Program-made: the position numbers and the translations under genes | Assembly: GCA_016209705.1 (NCBI GenBank) | Contig: JACQVR010000037.1 | Span: forward strand, 25,080 to 89,079 | DNA length: 64,000 bases | DNA from: Planctomycetota bacterium | GTDB taxonomy: Bacteria; Planctomycetota; MHYJ01; JACPRB01 | Direction of reading: 5' to 3' | Shown: piece after piece, positions 27,465 through 37,051 of the stretch | How the letters are laid out: each line of letters opens with the position of its first letter | Numbering within the stretch: position 1 is the first letter of the stretch | Notes under the pieces: model-generated | Told to the model about the DNA's origin: nothing | The model's input: only the letters and a program-made list of their open reading frames with translations | Databases searched by the model: none

Positions 27465-27881
27465 TTAACGTCCGTGCGATCCGACGATCCGCCGGACCTT
27501 CAGGTCTCGGATTTCCGCGATCCTCTCGTAGTCTCGATCCACATGGATGATGCCGAGACCATGATGCAGCGCGATTTCCGCGATGAGGAGGTCGGGAGTC
27601 GGGGTGCGGTGCCACATCCCGTGGTGATGCGCGAGGTCTCGCTGAAGGGCGAGCGCCCGATCAAATAGGTCGAGAGGAGCGGTCAGCACCTCAAAGCTGC
27701 CTTCAAGGCGGGACTTCAGGGCGTCATAATCCCTGGCCGACCGCGCGGAGTATAACTGCTCAAGTTCACCGACCGGACAGATGCAAAGCCGGCCCGCCAC
27801 TTCGCTCAAGGACCGGAGGATGCCCGGATCGGCGGCGCGCGCGGCCGCGCTCTTGTCCAGGATCCAGCCGGCTACCGCCAC
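27465..27881 (-). CDS. vapC: PIN-domain toxin VapC
   Basis: 138 aa. WILDKSA N-terminal acidic site and DLLIAEIALHHGLGIIHVDRDYERI C-terminal PIN signature. Overlaps the vapB stop. Confidence 0.7.
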   Translation of the reverse strand: MAVAGWILDKSAAARAADPGILRSLSEVAGRLCICPVGELEQLYSARSARDYDALKSRLEGSFEVLTAPLDLFDRALALQRDLAHHHGMWHRTPTPDLLIAEIALHHGLGIIHVDRDYERIAEIRDLKVRRIVGSHGR

Positions 27882-28105
27882 ATCTCCTCCGAGGCCAGAA
27901 CTTCCAGGTCGGCCCGACCTGGAAGTTCGTTGAGATATCGCCGCTGATCTTCCGCCCTCCGTTGCTGGGCGTCTTCCGCCTGTTCCGACGCCCGGCGAAG
28001 CGCCTCCTCGATGGTGGCGCGGGTCGTCCTTCCTCCAAGCGCACGCTTGGCGCGTGCCAGCAGCTGTTCATCCAGTTCAACGGTGGTCCGCTTTGGCATG
28101 TACAT
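27872..28105 (-). CDS. vapB: Type II antitoxin VapB-like
   Basis: MPKRTTVELDEQLLARAKRALGGRTTRATIEEALRR is typical of VapB-family antitoxins. 77 aa. Overlaps the vapC start. Confidence 0.6.
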   Translation of the reverse strand: MYMPKRTTVELDEQLLARAKRALGGRTTRATIEEALRRASEQAEDAQQRRAEDQRRYLNELPGRADLEVLASEEMWR

Positions 28106-28164
28106 ATTCTATTTCAATGACGTACATATTACAAGCCGGTCCGCGAACAGAGAAGGGGTTTCGC

Positions 28165-29544
28165 ATGGAACGGGTACAGCGCTCTCTGAGCCCCTATAAT
28201 GAGGCCGTGGCGCAGGACCATCTTCGAGAAAAGGCCGCCGCGCTGCCGGAGACGCCGGGCGTCTATTTCATGAAGGACGAGCGCGGGCGCGTTCTCTATA
28301 TCGGCAAGGCGAGGAGCCTCCGCGCGCGGGTGTCCTCGTACTTCCACGCCAATCCCGACATCGATCCCCGCCTCCAGTCCATGATTTCCCAGATCCACGA
28401 CGTCGATGTCCTGCCGACGGCCACCGAAGTGGACGCCCTCCTGGCCGAGGCGCGCCTCATCAAGGACACCCAGCCCAAGTACAACGTCAAGCTCAAGGAC
28501 GACAAGTCGTTTACCATGTTGGGCCTCACGACGTTCGACGACTTCCCCAAAGTGTGGGTGGTCCGCGAGACCGATGACGTGAATGCCGACCTGATGGGGC
28601 CGTTCACGAGCGCTTCCGATCTGCGCGAGTCGGTCAAGGTCCTTCAGAAGATCTTCAGGTTCGCCACCTGCAAGATCGAGATGCGCGCGGACGACGAGAA
28701 GCGGCGATTCTTCCGTCCCTGTTTGCTCCACAGCATCCGGCGCTGCACCGCGCCCTGCGCGGCGAGGATCTCGAAGGAGGACTACGCGGCCGACATCGCC
28801 TCCCTGAAAGCGTTCCTGCGGGGGGACCGCGCCAAGCTCAAGGAAGATCTGGCCGCGCGCATGAAGGACGCGGCCCGCGCGCTCGAGTTCGAACGGGCCG
28901 CGGACCTGCGCGACCAGCTCCGATCGATCGAAGCGCTCGAACGTCACTCGCCGGAATTCGATTACGTGGAAGGCGACATCACGCCGATCGATCCCGAAGA
29001 ATGCCTGGCGGACCTCTCCCGCGTCCTGGGGCTTCCGAACGTGCGCACCGTCGAGGGGATCGACATCGCCCACCTCCAGGGTGGCGAGACGGTCGGCTCG
29101 CTGGTCGCGTTCATCGACGGTGCGCCGTTCAAGCCGGGCTACCGCCGGTACCGCATCCGCGACGTTCGGGGCGTCGACGATTATGCGGCGGTGCGGGAGG
29201 TGGCCCGCCGCCGGTTCGCGCGCCTGGAACGCGAAGAGCGGGTCATGCCCGACGTGTTCCTGATCGATGGCGGCCTGGGACAGCTTCGCGCCGTGGCGGA
29301 GGCGCTGCGGGCCGACGGGTTCCCGCGTCCCCGACTCCTGGCGCTGGCGAAGCGGGAGGAGACCCTCTTCGCGTGGGACGACGACTCCGCCGCCATGTCC
29401 GAGGTGAAGGTCGAAAAATCCGCCCCCGCGCTGCGACTCCTGATGTACGTGCGCGACGAAGCCCACCGGTTCGCCCAGCATTACCATCATTTGCTCCGGC
29501 GAAAAGCCATCCTGGAAGAGGATTCGAAGTCGCGCCGGAGGTGA
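28165..29544 (+). CDS. uvrC: Excinuclease ABC subunit C (short form, no C-terminal HhH2)
   Basis: GIY-YIG motif (PGVYFMKDERGRVLYIGKARSLRARV), UVR domain (FERAADLRDQLRSIE) and endonuclease domain ending VRDEAHRFAQHYH. The ORF stops about 20 aa later. Confidence 0.85.
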   Translation: MERVQRSLSPYNEAVAQDHLREKAAALPETPGVYFMKDERGRVLYIGKARSLRARVSSYFHANPDIDPRLQSMISQIHDVDVLPTATEVDALLAEARLIKDTQPKYNVKLKDDKSFTMLGLTTFDDFPKVWVVRETDDVNADLMGPFTSASDLRESVKVLQKIFRFATCKIEMRADDEKRRFFRPCLLHSIRRCTAPCAARISKEDYAADIASLKAFLRGDRAKLKEDLAARMKDAARALEFERAADLRDQLRSIEALERHSPEFDYVEGDITPIDPEECLADLSRVLGLPNVRTVEGIDIAHLQGGETVGSLVAFIDGAPFKPGYRRYRIRDVRGVDDYAAVREVARRRFARLEREERVMPDVFLIDGGLGQLRAVAEALRADGFPRPRLLALAKREETLFAWDDDSAAMSEVKVEKSAPALRLLMYVRDEAHRFAQHYHHLLRRKAILEEDSKSRRR

Positions 29545-29558
29545 TGCTTTCGCGTTTG

Positions 29559-29576
29559 GACATCGGACATCGGATC
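29559..29576. repeat. CATCGGA-stutter repeat
   Basis: gacatcggacatcggatc lies in the short uvrC-rsmD spacer. Confidence 0.5.
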
Positions 29577-29579
29577 TTC

Positions 29580-30221
29580 ATGACCAAGGGCGGCATCTAT
29601 CTGACGGGCGGGTCGGCGAAGGGCGCGCGGCTGTTCAGCGTGCCTGGCGCGGACATCCGCCCGGCCCTGGCGCGGATGCGGATTTCGGTGTTCGAGATCA
29701 TGCGTTCCCGCGTCGAAGGCGCCTGCGCGGCGGATCTCTTCGCGGGCAGCGGAAGCCTCGGTTTGGAGGCGCTCAGCCGCGGGGCGGCCTTCTGCGCGTT
29801 CATCGAGCGGGATGCGCGATGCCTCGACGCCGTCCAGCGCAACGTGGCGAAATTGAAATTCCGCGAGCGCGCCGCCATCCTGCGCGGCGACGCCCTCGAG
29901 GCGGCGGTCCTGCTCGCGCGCTTGGATCGCCGCTTCGATCTGATTTTCGTCGATCCTCCGTACGCGCTGTATGACGACGTCCAGGGGGGACCGCGGCTGG
30001 AAGAGGCGGTGGCGGATTTGAACCGGTCGGGGCTTCTGGCGGACGGATCGTGGATCGTGGTGGAACATCGGACCGGGCGGGACCTGGGGGACGTGTGGGC
30101 CGGAGCCGGCCGGATCGATCGGCGCCGCTATGGTGGAACCACCGTAAGCTGGTATACTGGTTTTCAGGGCGGGACACCACATGGATCTGGAGCAGGACCA
30201 GCTTCGCAAGTTGATCGATGA
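29580..30221 (+). CDS. rsmD: 16S rRNA (guanine966-N2)-methyltransferase RsmD-like
   Basis: GGSAKGARL..P....RPALARMRISVFEI, DLFAGSGSLGLEALSRGA and the DPPY motif (IFVDPPYA). The start could also be ATG 29544. Confidence 0.75.
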   Translation: MTKGGIYLTGGSAKGARLFSVPGADIRPALARMRISVFEIMRSRVEGACAADLFAGSGSLGLEALSRGAAFCAFIERDARCLDAVQRNVAKLKFRERAAILRGDALEAAVLLARLDRRFDLIFVDPPYALYDDVQGGPRLEEAVADLNRSGLLADGSWIVVEHRTGRDLGDVWAGAGRIDRRRYGGTTVSWYTGFQGGTPHGSGAGPASQVDR

Positions 30222-30774
30222 GAACCGTCGATTGAAGCAGCGCCTCTTCGAATTGGAACAAAAAGAGGCGGAGCAGGACACCCACCATACCAAAGTTCAT
30301 GCCCGCGAAACGACGCAGGTGACGCAGGTCCTGAAGTTGCTGGAGCAACGCGACCACAACCTGGAGGCGGTCTCCGCGGAGCTTCATCAGAAGACGGAGG
30401 AACTCGCGCGGTTGAACGAGCAGCTTCGAGGATGGATCGCGGCGTTGAGCATGTACCAGCAACTCGTGGATGCCGAGCCTCATCCGATTCTGGGATTCAA
30501 CCGCGATGCGCGTTTGGTCCTGTACAATCGCGCCGCCGTGGAGGCATTCGGGCCGGCCTTGCCGGATCGGCGACTGCGAGACGTCGAGGATATCGATTTC
30601 AGCGCTCTCGATCCTTATCTGCCCCTCTTCGTGCGAGAATTGCTCAAGTCGGGCCGAACGGCCACACGGTCGATCACTCGCGGGTGCCGGAAGATCGATT
30701 CGCAAGGCTTCGTGATGGGGGGACCGGACGATCTCTACGGTGCGCTCATCAAGATCACGGTCTCCGAGAGCTAA
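30181..30774 (+). CDS. Coiled-coil plus PAS-like domain protein
   Basis: 197 aa. Heptad-rich N-terminus (LRKLIDENRRLKQRLFELEQKE), then a PAS-like segment (HPILGFNRDARLVLYNRAAVEAFG). Confidence 0.5.
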   Translation: MDLEQDQLRKLIDENRRLKQRLFELEQKEAEQDTHHTKVHARETTQVTQVLKLLEQRDHNLEAVSAELHQKTEELARLNEQLRGWIAALSMYQQLVDAEPHPILGFNRDARLVLYNRAAVEAFGPALPDRRLRDVEDIDFSALDPYLPLFVRELLKSGRTATRSITRGCRKIDSQGFVMGGPDDLYGALIKITVSES

Positions 30775-30778
30775 GTCC

Positions 30779-30918
30779 TCGAATTCATAAGTTCGTACAG
30801 GGTTGCGGAGCAACCCTGTACGAGGCGTTCTTGACCATAGGACGCTTAATCGTACGGTCATGAACGCTCCGTGCGGCTCCTGCAAAGCAAGAAACCGCGC
30901 ACGGACTTATGAATTCGA
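30779..30918. repeat. 140-nt element bounded by perfect 14-bp terminal inverted repeats, with internal hairpins
   Basis: tcgaattcataagt (30779-30792) pairs with acttatgaattcga (30905-30918). An internal 14-bp stem spans 30793-30823 (tcgtacagggttgc gga gcaaccctgtacga). A second hairpin lies around 30868-30904. Confidence 0.6.
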
Positions 30919-31066
30919 CATATCCTTTTTTACCCCGCCGCGCCTCCGACGTCCGATCTATGATGGGTGCTGAAGGACCGGCGGCGGGCACCGGCGTGTC
31001 GCCCGGAGCGCGGTTTGGATTGAACCGAGGCCCGGCCGTGGATACGATGCTCTTCGGGAGGGAATC

Positions 31067-31762
31067 ATGAACACGAGGACCGTGGTTTTGGTCGCGTCGC
31101 TGTGGCTGGCGCTGGCGGCTCGCGCCGTGGCTCAGGACCGGGACATGGATCCCGAGAAACGGCGGGCGGTCGAGAAGCTGGAGACCCTGCGAATCTCCCT
31201 CGACTTCAGGGACGCTCCCTTCGACAACGTTATCAACTACATTCGGGAATTCAGCGGCCTGAACATCCATATCGACTCCGATGTCCGTTCTCGGTTGGGT
31301 GAGGAGCAGCTCCGGGTCACGATCAAAATCAAGGAACTCCTGCTGAAGAGCGTCTTGAAACTGATCCTGTCCGGAAAGGATCTGACCGCCGTCTACCGCG
31401 AGGGCGTGCTGGTCATCGTTCCCAAGGACAAGGCCCCCATGTCCGTCGTCACGCGTATCTACGACGTGCGCGATCTCTTTCTGAAGCTCCAGGACTTTCC
31501 TGGACCTCGCGTCGAGCTCATGAACCCTTCATCGGCCGGAGGGATGACCGGCGCCATGTTCAGCCTGACGGAGGAACCGGAGAGCGTCATTTCGGAAGAA
31601 TTCCTCACGGAGCTGATTCATTCGAACACGGGCGGCCGGAGTTGGGACGAGAATTCCAACACGAACGTCACGCTGACGAACGGGCTGCTCATCATCACGC
31701 AGTCTAGATCGGTCCACAAAGAGATCGGCCGGCTGATCGAGCTCCTTCGCCAGTACAAATAA
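31067..31762 (+). CDS. Secreted protein with secretin-N/STN-like domains (no beta-barrel)
   Basis: Signal peptide VVLVASLWLALAARAVAQ. ISLDFRDAPFDNVINYIREFSGLNIHID is STN/N0-like. The C-terminal NGLLIITQSRSVHKEIGRLIELL is N1-like. Confidence 0.55.
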   Translation: MNTRTVVLVASLWLALAARAVAQDRDMDPEKRRAVEKLETLRISLDFRDAPFDNVINYIREFSGLNIHIDSDVRSRLGEEQLRVTIKIKELLLKSVLKLILSGKDLTAVYREGVLVIVPKDKAPMSVVTRIYDVRDLFLKLQDFPGPRVELMNPSSAGGMTGAMFSLTEEPESVISEEFLTELIHSNTGGRSWDENSNTNVTLTNGLLIITQSRSVHKEIGRLIELLRQYK

Positions 31763-31923
31763 CGCTCGCCCCTCTCGCGTTGTCGGACGGAAGATCGCGG
31801 GCCGGCCACTCAATTAGCCCGAACGGGCCACCGCTTTCGAACGTACTATGATTAGCGGATTGGTTCGTCTTACCTTGTGGAAAGCGGATTTTTCCGCGCC
31901 GACATCCGGTTCAGCGTTTCCGG

Positions 31924-34900
31924 ATGGCGGCCGCCCTTTGGCTTGAGGAGGCGCTTGTGAGTGCATTCATCCGCTGGAGCGGGATCGGCGTGTGCGCCGC
32001 CTTGGCGGCCCTCGCCGGAGCCGCGCCACCCGCCCTGCCGGCCGTCTGGGCCGTCGAACGCAGCGCGCCGGCGGTGTCCCAGGAGGACGACGGAGTCTAT
32101 GTCGATGTCATTCGAAAGGACTTTCTGGACCGCGTCGCGCGGTATCTGGAAACCAAGGATTGGAAGGGCCTTTTTCACGCCTATGAGGAAGCGTACAAGC
32201 CCCGCCTCATTCAGAAACTCGTTCAGTCCGATCCCGCCAAACCCAAGTGGATCAGCTTGACCGAGCATTTGAATCGCCTGTTCGCCGATCTTCCCAAGGA
32301 GGCGTTGGAGTATTACCGAGGCGTTCACGATGGCCCGGCCCGATTGGAGTACCAGCGGGCGCGGGAATCCGGAGACCGGGCGGCGCTGCGCCGGTTCGTG
32401 GACGAGTATTTCTTTTCGACCGTGGCGGACGAGGCGCTGGACCTTCTGGGCAATCTGTACTTCGAGGAAGGCCGGCTTCAGGAAGCCGCCTTCTATTGGC
32501 GCCGGCTCCTGGAAACGTACCCCGACAGCGACATCCCCCCTCACCTGACGGCCGCGCGTCTGGCCTTCGCGGCGGAGCAATGGCGCAACGAGGTGGCGCT
32601 GAACTGGCTGCGCCAGCACATCGAGAGCCGCACGATCGACGGTCCGATCCGGGTGGGAGATCGCGAGACGACGCTGGCCCGACTCGTGTCGGAGATCCGG
32701 ATCGAGCCGCGCGGTCCGGACGGAAGCGCGGCCGAGAAAACGCCCGACGTTCGGGACGGAGGGGGACGGCAAGGTCGCGCGGTGACGGGCGTTCGAAACG
32801 AGATCAAGCGGTGGACGTACGATTTCTCCGGCGATGTCCGGCGCGAGGTGATTCGCGGGCGGGCACGGCGCCCGGTGCCCGCTCAACGGACGGTCCAGTC
32901 GCAGGACTTTCCTTATGTTCCGGCCGCCACGCGCCTGGACGGCCGCGACTACGTCCTCTTCAGCAACGGCAGCCGAGTCTTGGCCGTCGATCCCTCCAAA
33001 GTGGGGAGCAGTCCTTCCCATCCGAATGAAGGCGTCTACTGGCGGTTTCCCGAGGGAGAGCCCGTCAGAGTCAAAGTGCCGCCGAACCAGATGGCCGGAA
33101 CCATGCCGTACGGCCGGCCGTTCATCGGCGTGACCATCGATGGAGAGCACGCGTTCGCAACCCTCTACACGGAACGCCCCCTTCGCGAAACCAATGTGGC
33201 GGGGATCCCCGACTACTTCCTGGGAACCCAGCGGCTCGTGTGCCTCAACATCCGCAATCAAAAAGTGGTCTGGGATACCGATCTGGAGTCCTGGTGGAAC
33301 GTCGCGCGGGAGATGAAGCTCGAATTCCTCGACCGCAACTTCTCTTTTTGCAGCCCGCCGGTGGTGGTGGACGATCGGCTCTATGTGGGTTTGTGCACTT
33401 CTCCGATGGGAGAGCAGGATTCGCGCGTGCTTTGCCTGGACCGGCGCACGGGACGGCCCATCTGGGAACGTTTCCTGGCGTCCGTCACCAGCGCCGGGCG
33501 AGGGCCGTGGGGCTTCGGCGTGGCGAGCTCGTCGGTGACGTATCTCACGATGATCGTGGCGGATCGAGGCGTCGTCTACGCGCACACCAATCTGGGCGTC
33601 ATGGCGGCCCTCAACGCGTTCACGGGGTCCGTGCTTTGGATGTCGAAGTATCCCCGCGTGTCCGGCCGTTCCCGGGGCATGTTCGGGCAGTTCGAAGCCA
33701 ATCCATTCATCCGGTACGCCAGCCCGCTGGTCCTTCATCGGGGCCGAATCTATGCCTTGCCTCAAGACCAGTATGAGCTTCAAGTGTTCGACATGGCGAC
33801 CGGCGACGCGGTCAAGCTGACGGTGCCGATTTCCGATCACAAGCCGTTCAAGTGGCAGAATATCGTTCGCATGATCGGGGAGTACCGGGACATGCTGGTG
33901 CTGGGCGGCGGGGGCAACATGTACGGCATGGAATCGATGGTGATGCGGCTGACGGATAGCCCGCAAAAGGACGAAGGGGGAGAGCCCCGGTTTCCCGCCG
34001 GAACCTGGCACCGCCTCGTGGAATCGAACGTCCAGCGCAGCGGGCTGGGCACGATTCACGGGGGGCTGCTGTACTTGCCGACGTACACGGCCGGAAAGAG
34101 CGGCAAGGGGACGCTGGCCATCTTCGACGGCGTCACGTGGCGCTGGGTCAACGATCCTCGGGAGGCCGAGTGGCAGGAGCCCGACGAACATGGGAATCTG
34201 CTCGTGGCCGGCCGGTACCTGGTCGTGACCACCGCGGACTCGCTCCTCCTCTACACGGACGTCGAGACGTTGCGCGCGGAATTCGCGGCGCGACTGGAAC
34301 AGAGCCCTCCCAATCCCGCCGCGTTCCTGGAGTTCGGCGATCTCATGCGCGCCAACGATCGACTGAATGAGGCGGCGGAGGCCTACCTCCACTTCGTGAA
34401 AGCCGCCGAAGGCGATCCGAAGTTCGCCCGGAAATGCCGGGAGATCAAGACGGAGCTGTACGCCATTTATCTGGAGCGAAGCAAGATGGAGGCGACGTCG
34501 GCCTCCCAGGCGATCGAATTCCTCCAAACGGCCAAAGGCTTCGCCTACGACGATGCCACGCTGGCGGAGGCCTCCCGGCTCCTGGCCGAGAGATACGAGC
34601 AGATCGCGCGCGACAAGAAAGGCACGCCGGAAGGCGAAATGTACGCGCGCAAGGCGGTCGAGGAATACCAGGCCGTGATCCAGAAATCCAATGATCGCCT
34701 CAAGAAGCAGGAGGGCGAGGACGTTTGGAAACAGGCCTGGAAGCAGGCCTCGGACCGGATCCGTCGCTTGGTCGAGGACTACGGCGCCCCGGTATACGAG
34801 TCGGTGGAAAAAGCCGCCGGGGAGATGCTGAAGAAAGCGGCGGAACAGGCGCCCGAGGCGCTGCGGGAAATCATCGATCTGTTTCCGGACAGCAAAGCGG

Positions 34901-37029
34901 CGGTGGAAGCCTTCCAGCGCCTGACGGATTTCTTTGTCGAGAAAGCGCAGTGGGACAAGGCGGCCTCGACCCTCAGGGAATTCCGGGAGCGATACCCCAA
35001 GGAATGGACGCAGGAGCTTCAGAAGAAGCTCATCGAAGCGCTGGAGAAGTTGGGAGATTCCCGGCGCCTCGAGGAAGAGCTGAAAAAGATGCAGGACCGC
35101 TTCAAGGGGCGGCGCGTCCGCGACGGCGCCCGCGAGACGCCCGTCGAGGAGTACGTGGCCCGGGCCCTGGAGGCGGCGAAAGCGCTCCGGCCGCCCCCTC
35201 CTCCAGCGCCCCGGCTTCCGATCCGGAAGCTGGCCGAATGGGATTCCCTCGCGCCGGCGGCGAACGACGAATCCCGATCGGGCGAGCTTTCGGCGGCCTA
35301 CTTCCCCTTGCCGATCCAAGGCCTCGCGCCGCTCTCCTTCGGGACCGACCTGGCGCTGTTGGTTCGCGGTTCGTCGGTGGAGCTTTGGGATGTCCGGAAC
35401 CGCCGTGTGCGATGGTCGGCGGCGTTTCCGGTCGGATGGATCGGCGTCGTCTGCGGGGATTCCCCCGATGGGGCGGGAGCGCGGGTCGAAGAGATCCTTC
35501 CCGGATCGCCCGCGGAACACGCGGGATTGATGAAGGAAGACGTGATCTTCGCCGCCGACGGCCGCGCCGTGGACGCGGCCGATCTGGAGGCCGGACGATC
35601 GGTCGCCCCGGGCGATGCGGTGCGGATTTCGTTTCGCCGGGGGAGCGACGAGCGGGAACTCACCCTCGCGGCCGGAGCGTGGCCGCCGTCTCGACGTCCC
35701 GGAGTGATCGCGGCCGCGTTCACCCGGGATCACGCCGTGGCCGTGGTGTGGGAGACGCTCGCGGCGTCGTTCGACCTCGCGAGCGGGAAGGTGCGGTGGC
35801 GATTCCGAGGCTTTCGGGAGGGATGTGTCGTTCGTCAGGTTCACGCCGTGGACGGGCGCCTGCTCCTCTTCGAGCGGGCCCACTTCGACCGGCGCGAGGC
35901 GCTGCCTCTTGCGGAAGCCGCGTCGATGGATCACGACGCCCAAACGTGCGCCAATCCGTTGCGGTGCAAGCTCTGTTTGAGCCGCCCTACGTTGTCGAAA
36001 GAGGACGGCGCGCGCATCGTCTGCGTGGACGACGAAACGGGGCGCGCGCTGTGGGCGCGAAGCCTGGAGGTCGGCAGTAAGCCGGATGCCGGCGACGTCA
36101 CGTTCTACGCGCCGTACTTCGATGATTTCGTGACGGTCGTGGCGAACCGTAATCAGAACAATGTTCAGACAGCGGAGATTCATTACCTGTCGCGAGAGGA
36201 CGGCGCCGACCGGCGCCAGCGGACGGCGTTGGGCAACCGGCTTCCCGGAATGCTCGTGGACGCCGAATCGGGACGGCTGTGGGTGATCGAGCCGTCCATG
36301 CGCGGGCACGTTCTGCGATGCGTCTCGTTGCAACCCAGGCCGGGCCCGGACTTCCGGGCGATGGAGACGCCGTTGTCACGGCATTTTCCGGGAAACGTCG
36401 CCTCCTTCGCGATGGCGGCCAACGCCGAGTGGGTGGCCGTCCTGGCGTTGCCGGCAGCGCGCGCGGCGATGAACCCGATGCGCGCGGCGATTTTCTCGGC
36501 CGTCACGGGAGAGAGGATCGCGACGCTGGATTCCTGCCCGGAGTTCCAGGGGGATCGGGCCCTCTCAAGGTCGCTGCATTCGACGCCGGGAGCGCCGTTT
36601 TCGGGTTGGGTGACGCTGGACGCGGAAAATACGGTTTATCTCTACAGCGAGACGAATGCGCGGATCGCGGCGGATCGGAAGGCCTACCTGACGGCCTTTC
36701 GCATCAACGCCGAAGAGAAGAAATTCGAAGTAGCGTGGGAAACCGTGGTGCCGTCTGCGCGTCCGACGGCGGACGGCCTCCTTCAATGGGTGGCGGCGGA
36801 CGCTCACGTGGTGACCGTGGCCATCCCCCACGCGACGGCGCCGGGCGCGACCGAAAGCGGGCCCGTCGCCCTGGTGTTGAACAAGAGCGAGAAGGGGGCC
36901 GTGGCGCACCGCTTTGACGACGTGGTGCTTCAGATCCATGGCGGGGGCGCGCCGATCAATCCCGTCGCGTGGCTCGGCGACCGGCTGTTCGTCGCCCGCC
37001 CGAAGGCGTTGGAGATGTACGGCCCATAA
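31924..37029 (+). CDS. Giant (1701 aa) secreted multidomain protein: TPR-like regions, two PQQ/BamB-like beta-propellers, PDZ domain
   Basis: Signal-like N-terminus. Recurrent propeller strings (KVVWDTDLE, GRPIWERF, GSVLWMSKYP, GKVRWRFRGF, GRALWARSLE). PDZ-like ARVEEILPGSPAEHAGLMKEDVIFAADGRAV at about 35.46-35.67 kb. The long antisense ORF is a GC shadow. Confidence 0.75.
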   Translation: MAAALWLEEALVSAFIRWSGIGVCAALAALAGAAPPALPAVWAVERSAPAVSQEDDGVYVDVIRKDFLDRVARYLETKDWKGLFHAYEEAYKPRLIQKLVQSDPAKPKWISLTEHLNRLFADLPKEALEYYRGVHDGPARLEYQRARESGDRAALRRFVDEYFFSTVADEALDLLGNLYFEEGRLQEAAFYWRRLLETYPDSDIPPHLTAARLAFAAEQWRNEVALNWLRQHIESRTIDGPIRVGDRETTLARLVSEIRIEPRGPDGSAAEKTPDVRDGGGRQGRAVTGVRNEIKRWTYDFSGDVRREVIRGRARRPVPAQRTVQSQDFPYVPAATRLDGRDYVLFSNGSRVLAVDPSKVGSSPSHPNEGVYWRFPEGEPVRVKVPPNQMAGTMPYGRPFIGVTIDGEHAFATLYTERPLRETNVAGIPDYFLGTQRLVCLNIRNQKVVWDTDLESWWNVAREMKLEFLDRNFSFCSPPVVVDDRLYVGLCTSPMGEQDSRVLCLDRRTGRPIWERFLASVTSAGRGPWGFGVASSSVTYLTMIVADRGVVYAHTNLGVMAALNAFTGSVLWMSKYPRVSGRSRGMFGQFEANPFIRYASPLVLHRGRIYALPQDQYELQVFDMATGDAVKLTVPISDHKPFKWQNIVRMIGEYRDMLVLGGGGNMYGMESMVMRLTDSPQKDEGGEPRFPAGTWHRLVESNVQRSGLGTIHGGLLYLPTYTAGKSGKGTLAIFDGVTWRWVNDPREAEWQEPDEHGNLLVAGRYLVVTTADSLLLYTDVETLRAEFAARLEQSPPNPAAFLEFGDLMRANDRLNEAAEAYLHFVKAAEGDPKFARKCREIKTELYAIYLERSKMEATSASQAIEFLQTAKGFAYDDATLAEASRLLAERYEQIARDKKGTPEGEMYARKAVEEYQAVIQKSNDRLKKQEGEDVWKQAWKQASDRIRRLVEDYGAPVYESVEKAAGEMLKKAAEQAPEALREIIDLFPDSKAAVEAFQRLTDFFVEKAQWDKAASTLREFRERYPKEWTQELQKKLIEALEKLGDSRRLEEELKKMQDRFKGRRVRDGARETPVEEYVARALEAAKALRPPPPPAPRLPIRKLAEWDSLAPAANDESRSGELSAAYFPLPIQGLAPLSFGTDLALLVRGSSVELWDVRNRRVRWSAAFPVGWIGVVCGDSPDGAGARVEEILPGSPAEHAGLMKEDVIFAADGRAVDAADLEAGRSVAPGDAVRISFRRGSDERELTLAAGAWPPSRRPGVIAAAFTRDHAVAVVWETLAASFDLASGKVRWRFRGFREGCVVRQVHAVDGRLLLFERAHFDRREALPLAEAASMDHDAQTCANPLRCKLCLSRPTLSKEDGARIVCVDDETGRALWARSLEVGSKPDAGDVTFYAPYFDDFVTVVANRNQNNVQTAEIHYLSREDGADRRQRTALGNRLPGMLVDAESGRLWVIEPSMRGHVLRCVSLQPRPGPDFRAMETPLSRHFPGNVASFAMAANAEWVAVLALPAARAAMNPMRAAIFSAVTGERIATLDSCPEFQGDRALSRSLHSTPGAPFSGWVTLDAENTVYLYSETNARIAADRKAYLTAFRINAEEKKFEVAWETVVPSARPTADGLLQWVAADAHVVTVAIPHATAPGATESGPVALVLNKSEKGAVAHRFDDVVLQIHGGGAPINPVAWLGDRLFVARPKALEMYGP

Positions 37030-37051
37030 AAGGGAGCGAAACGCCTTCCTC

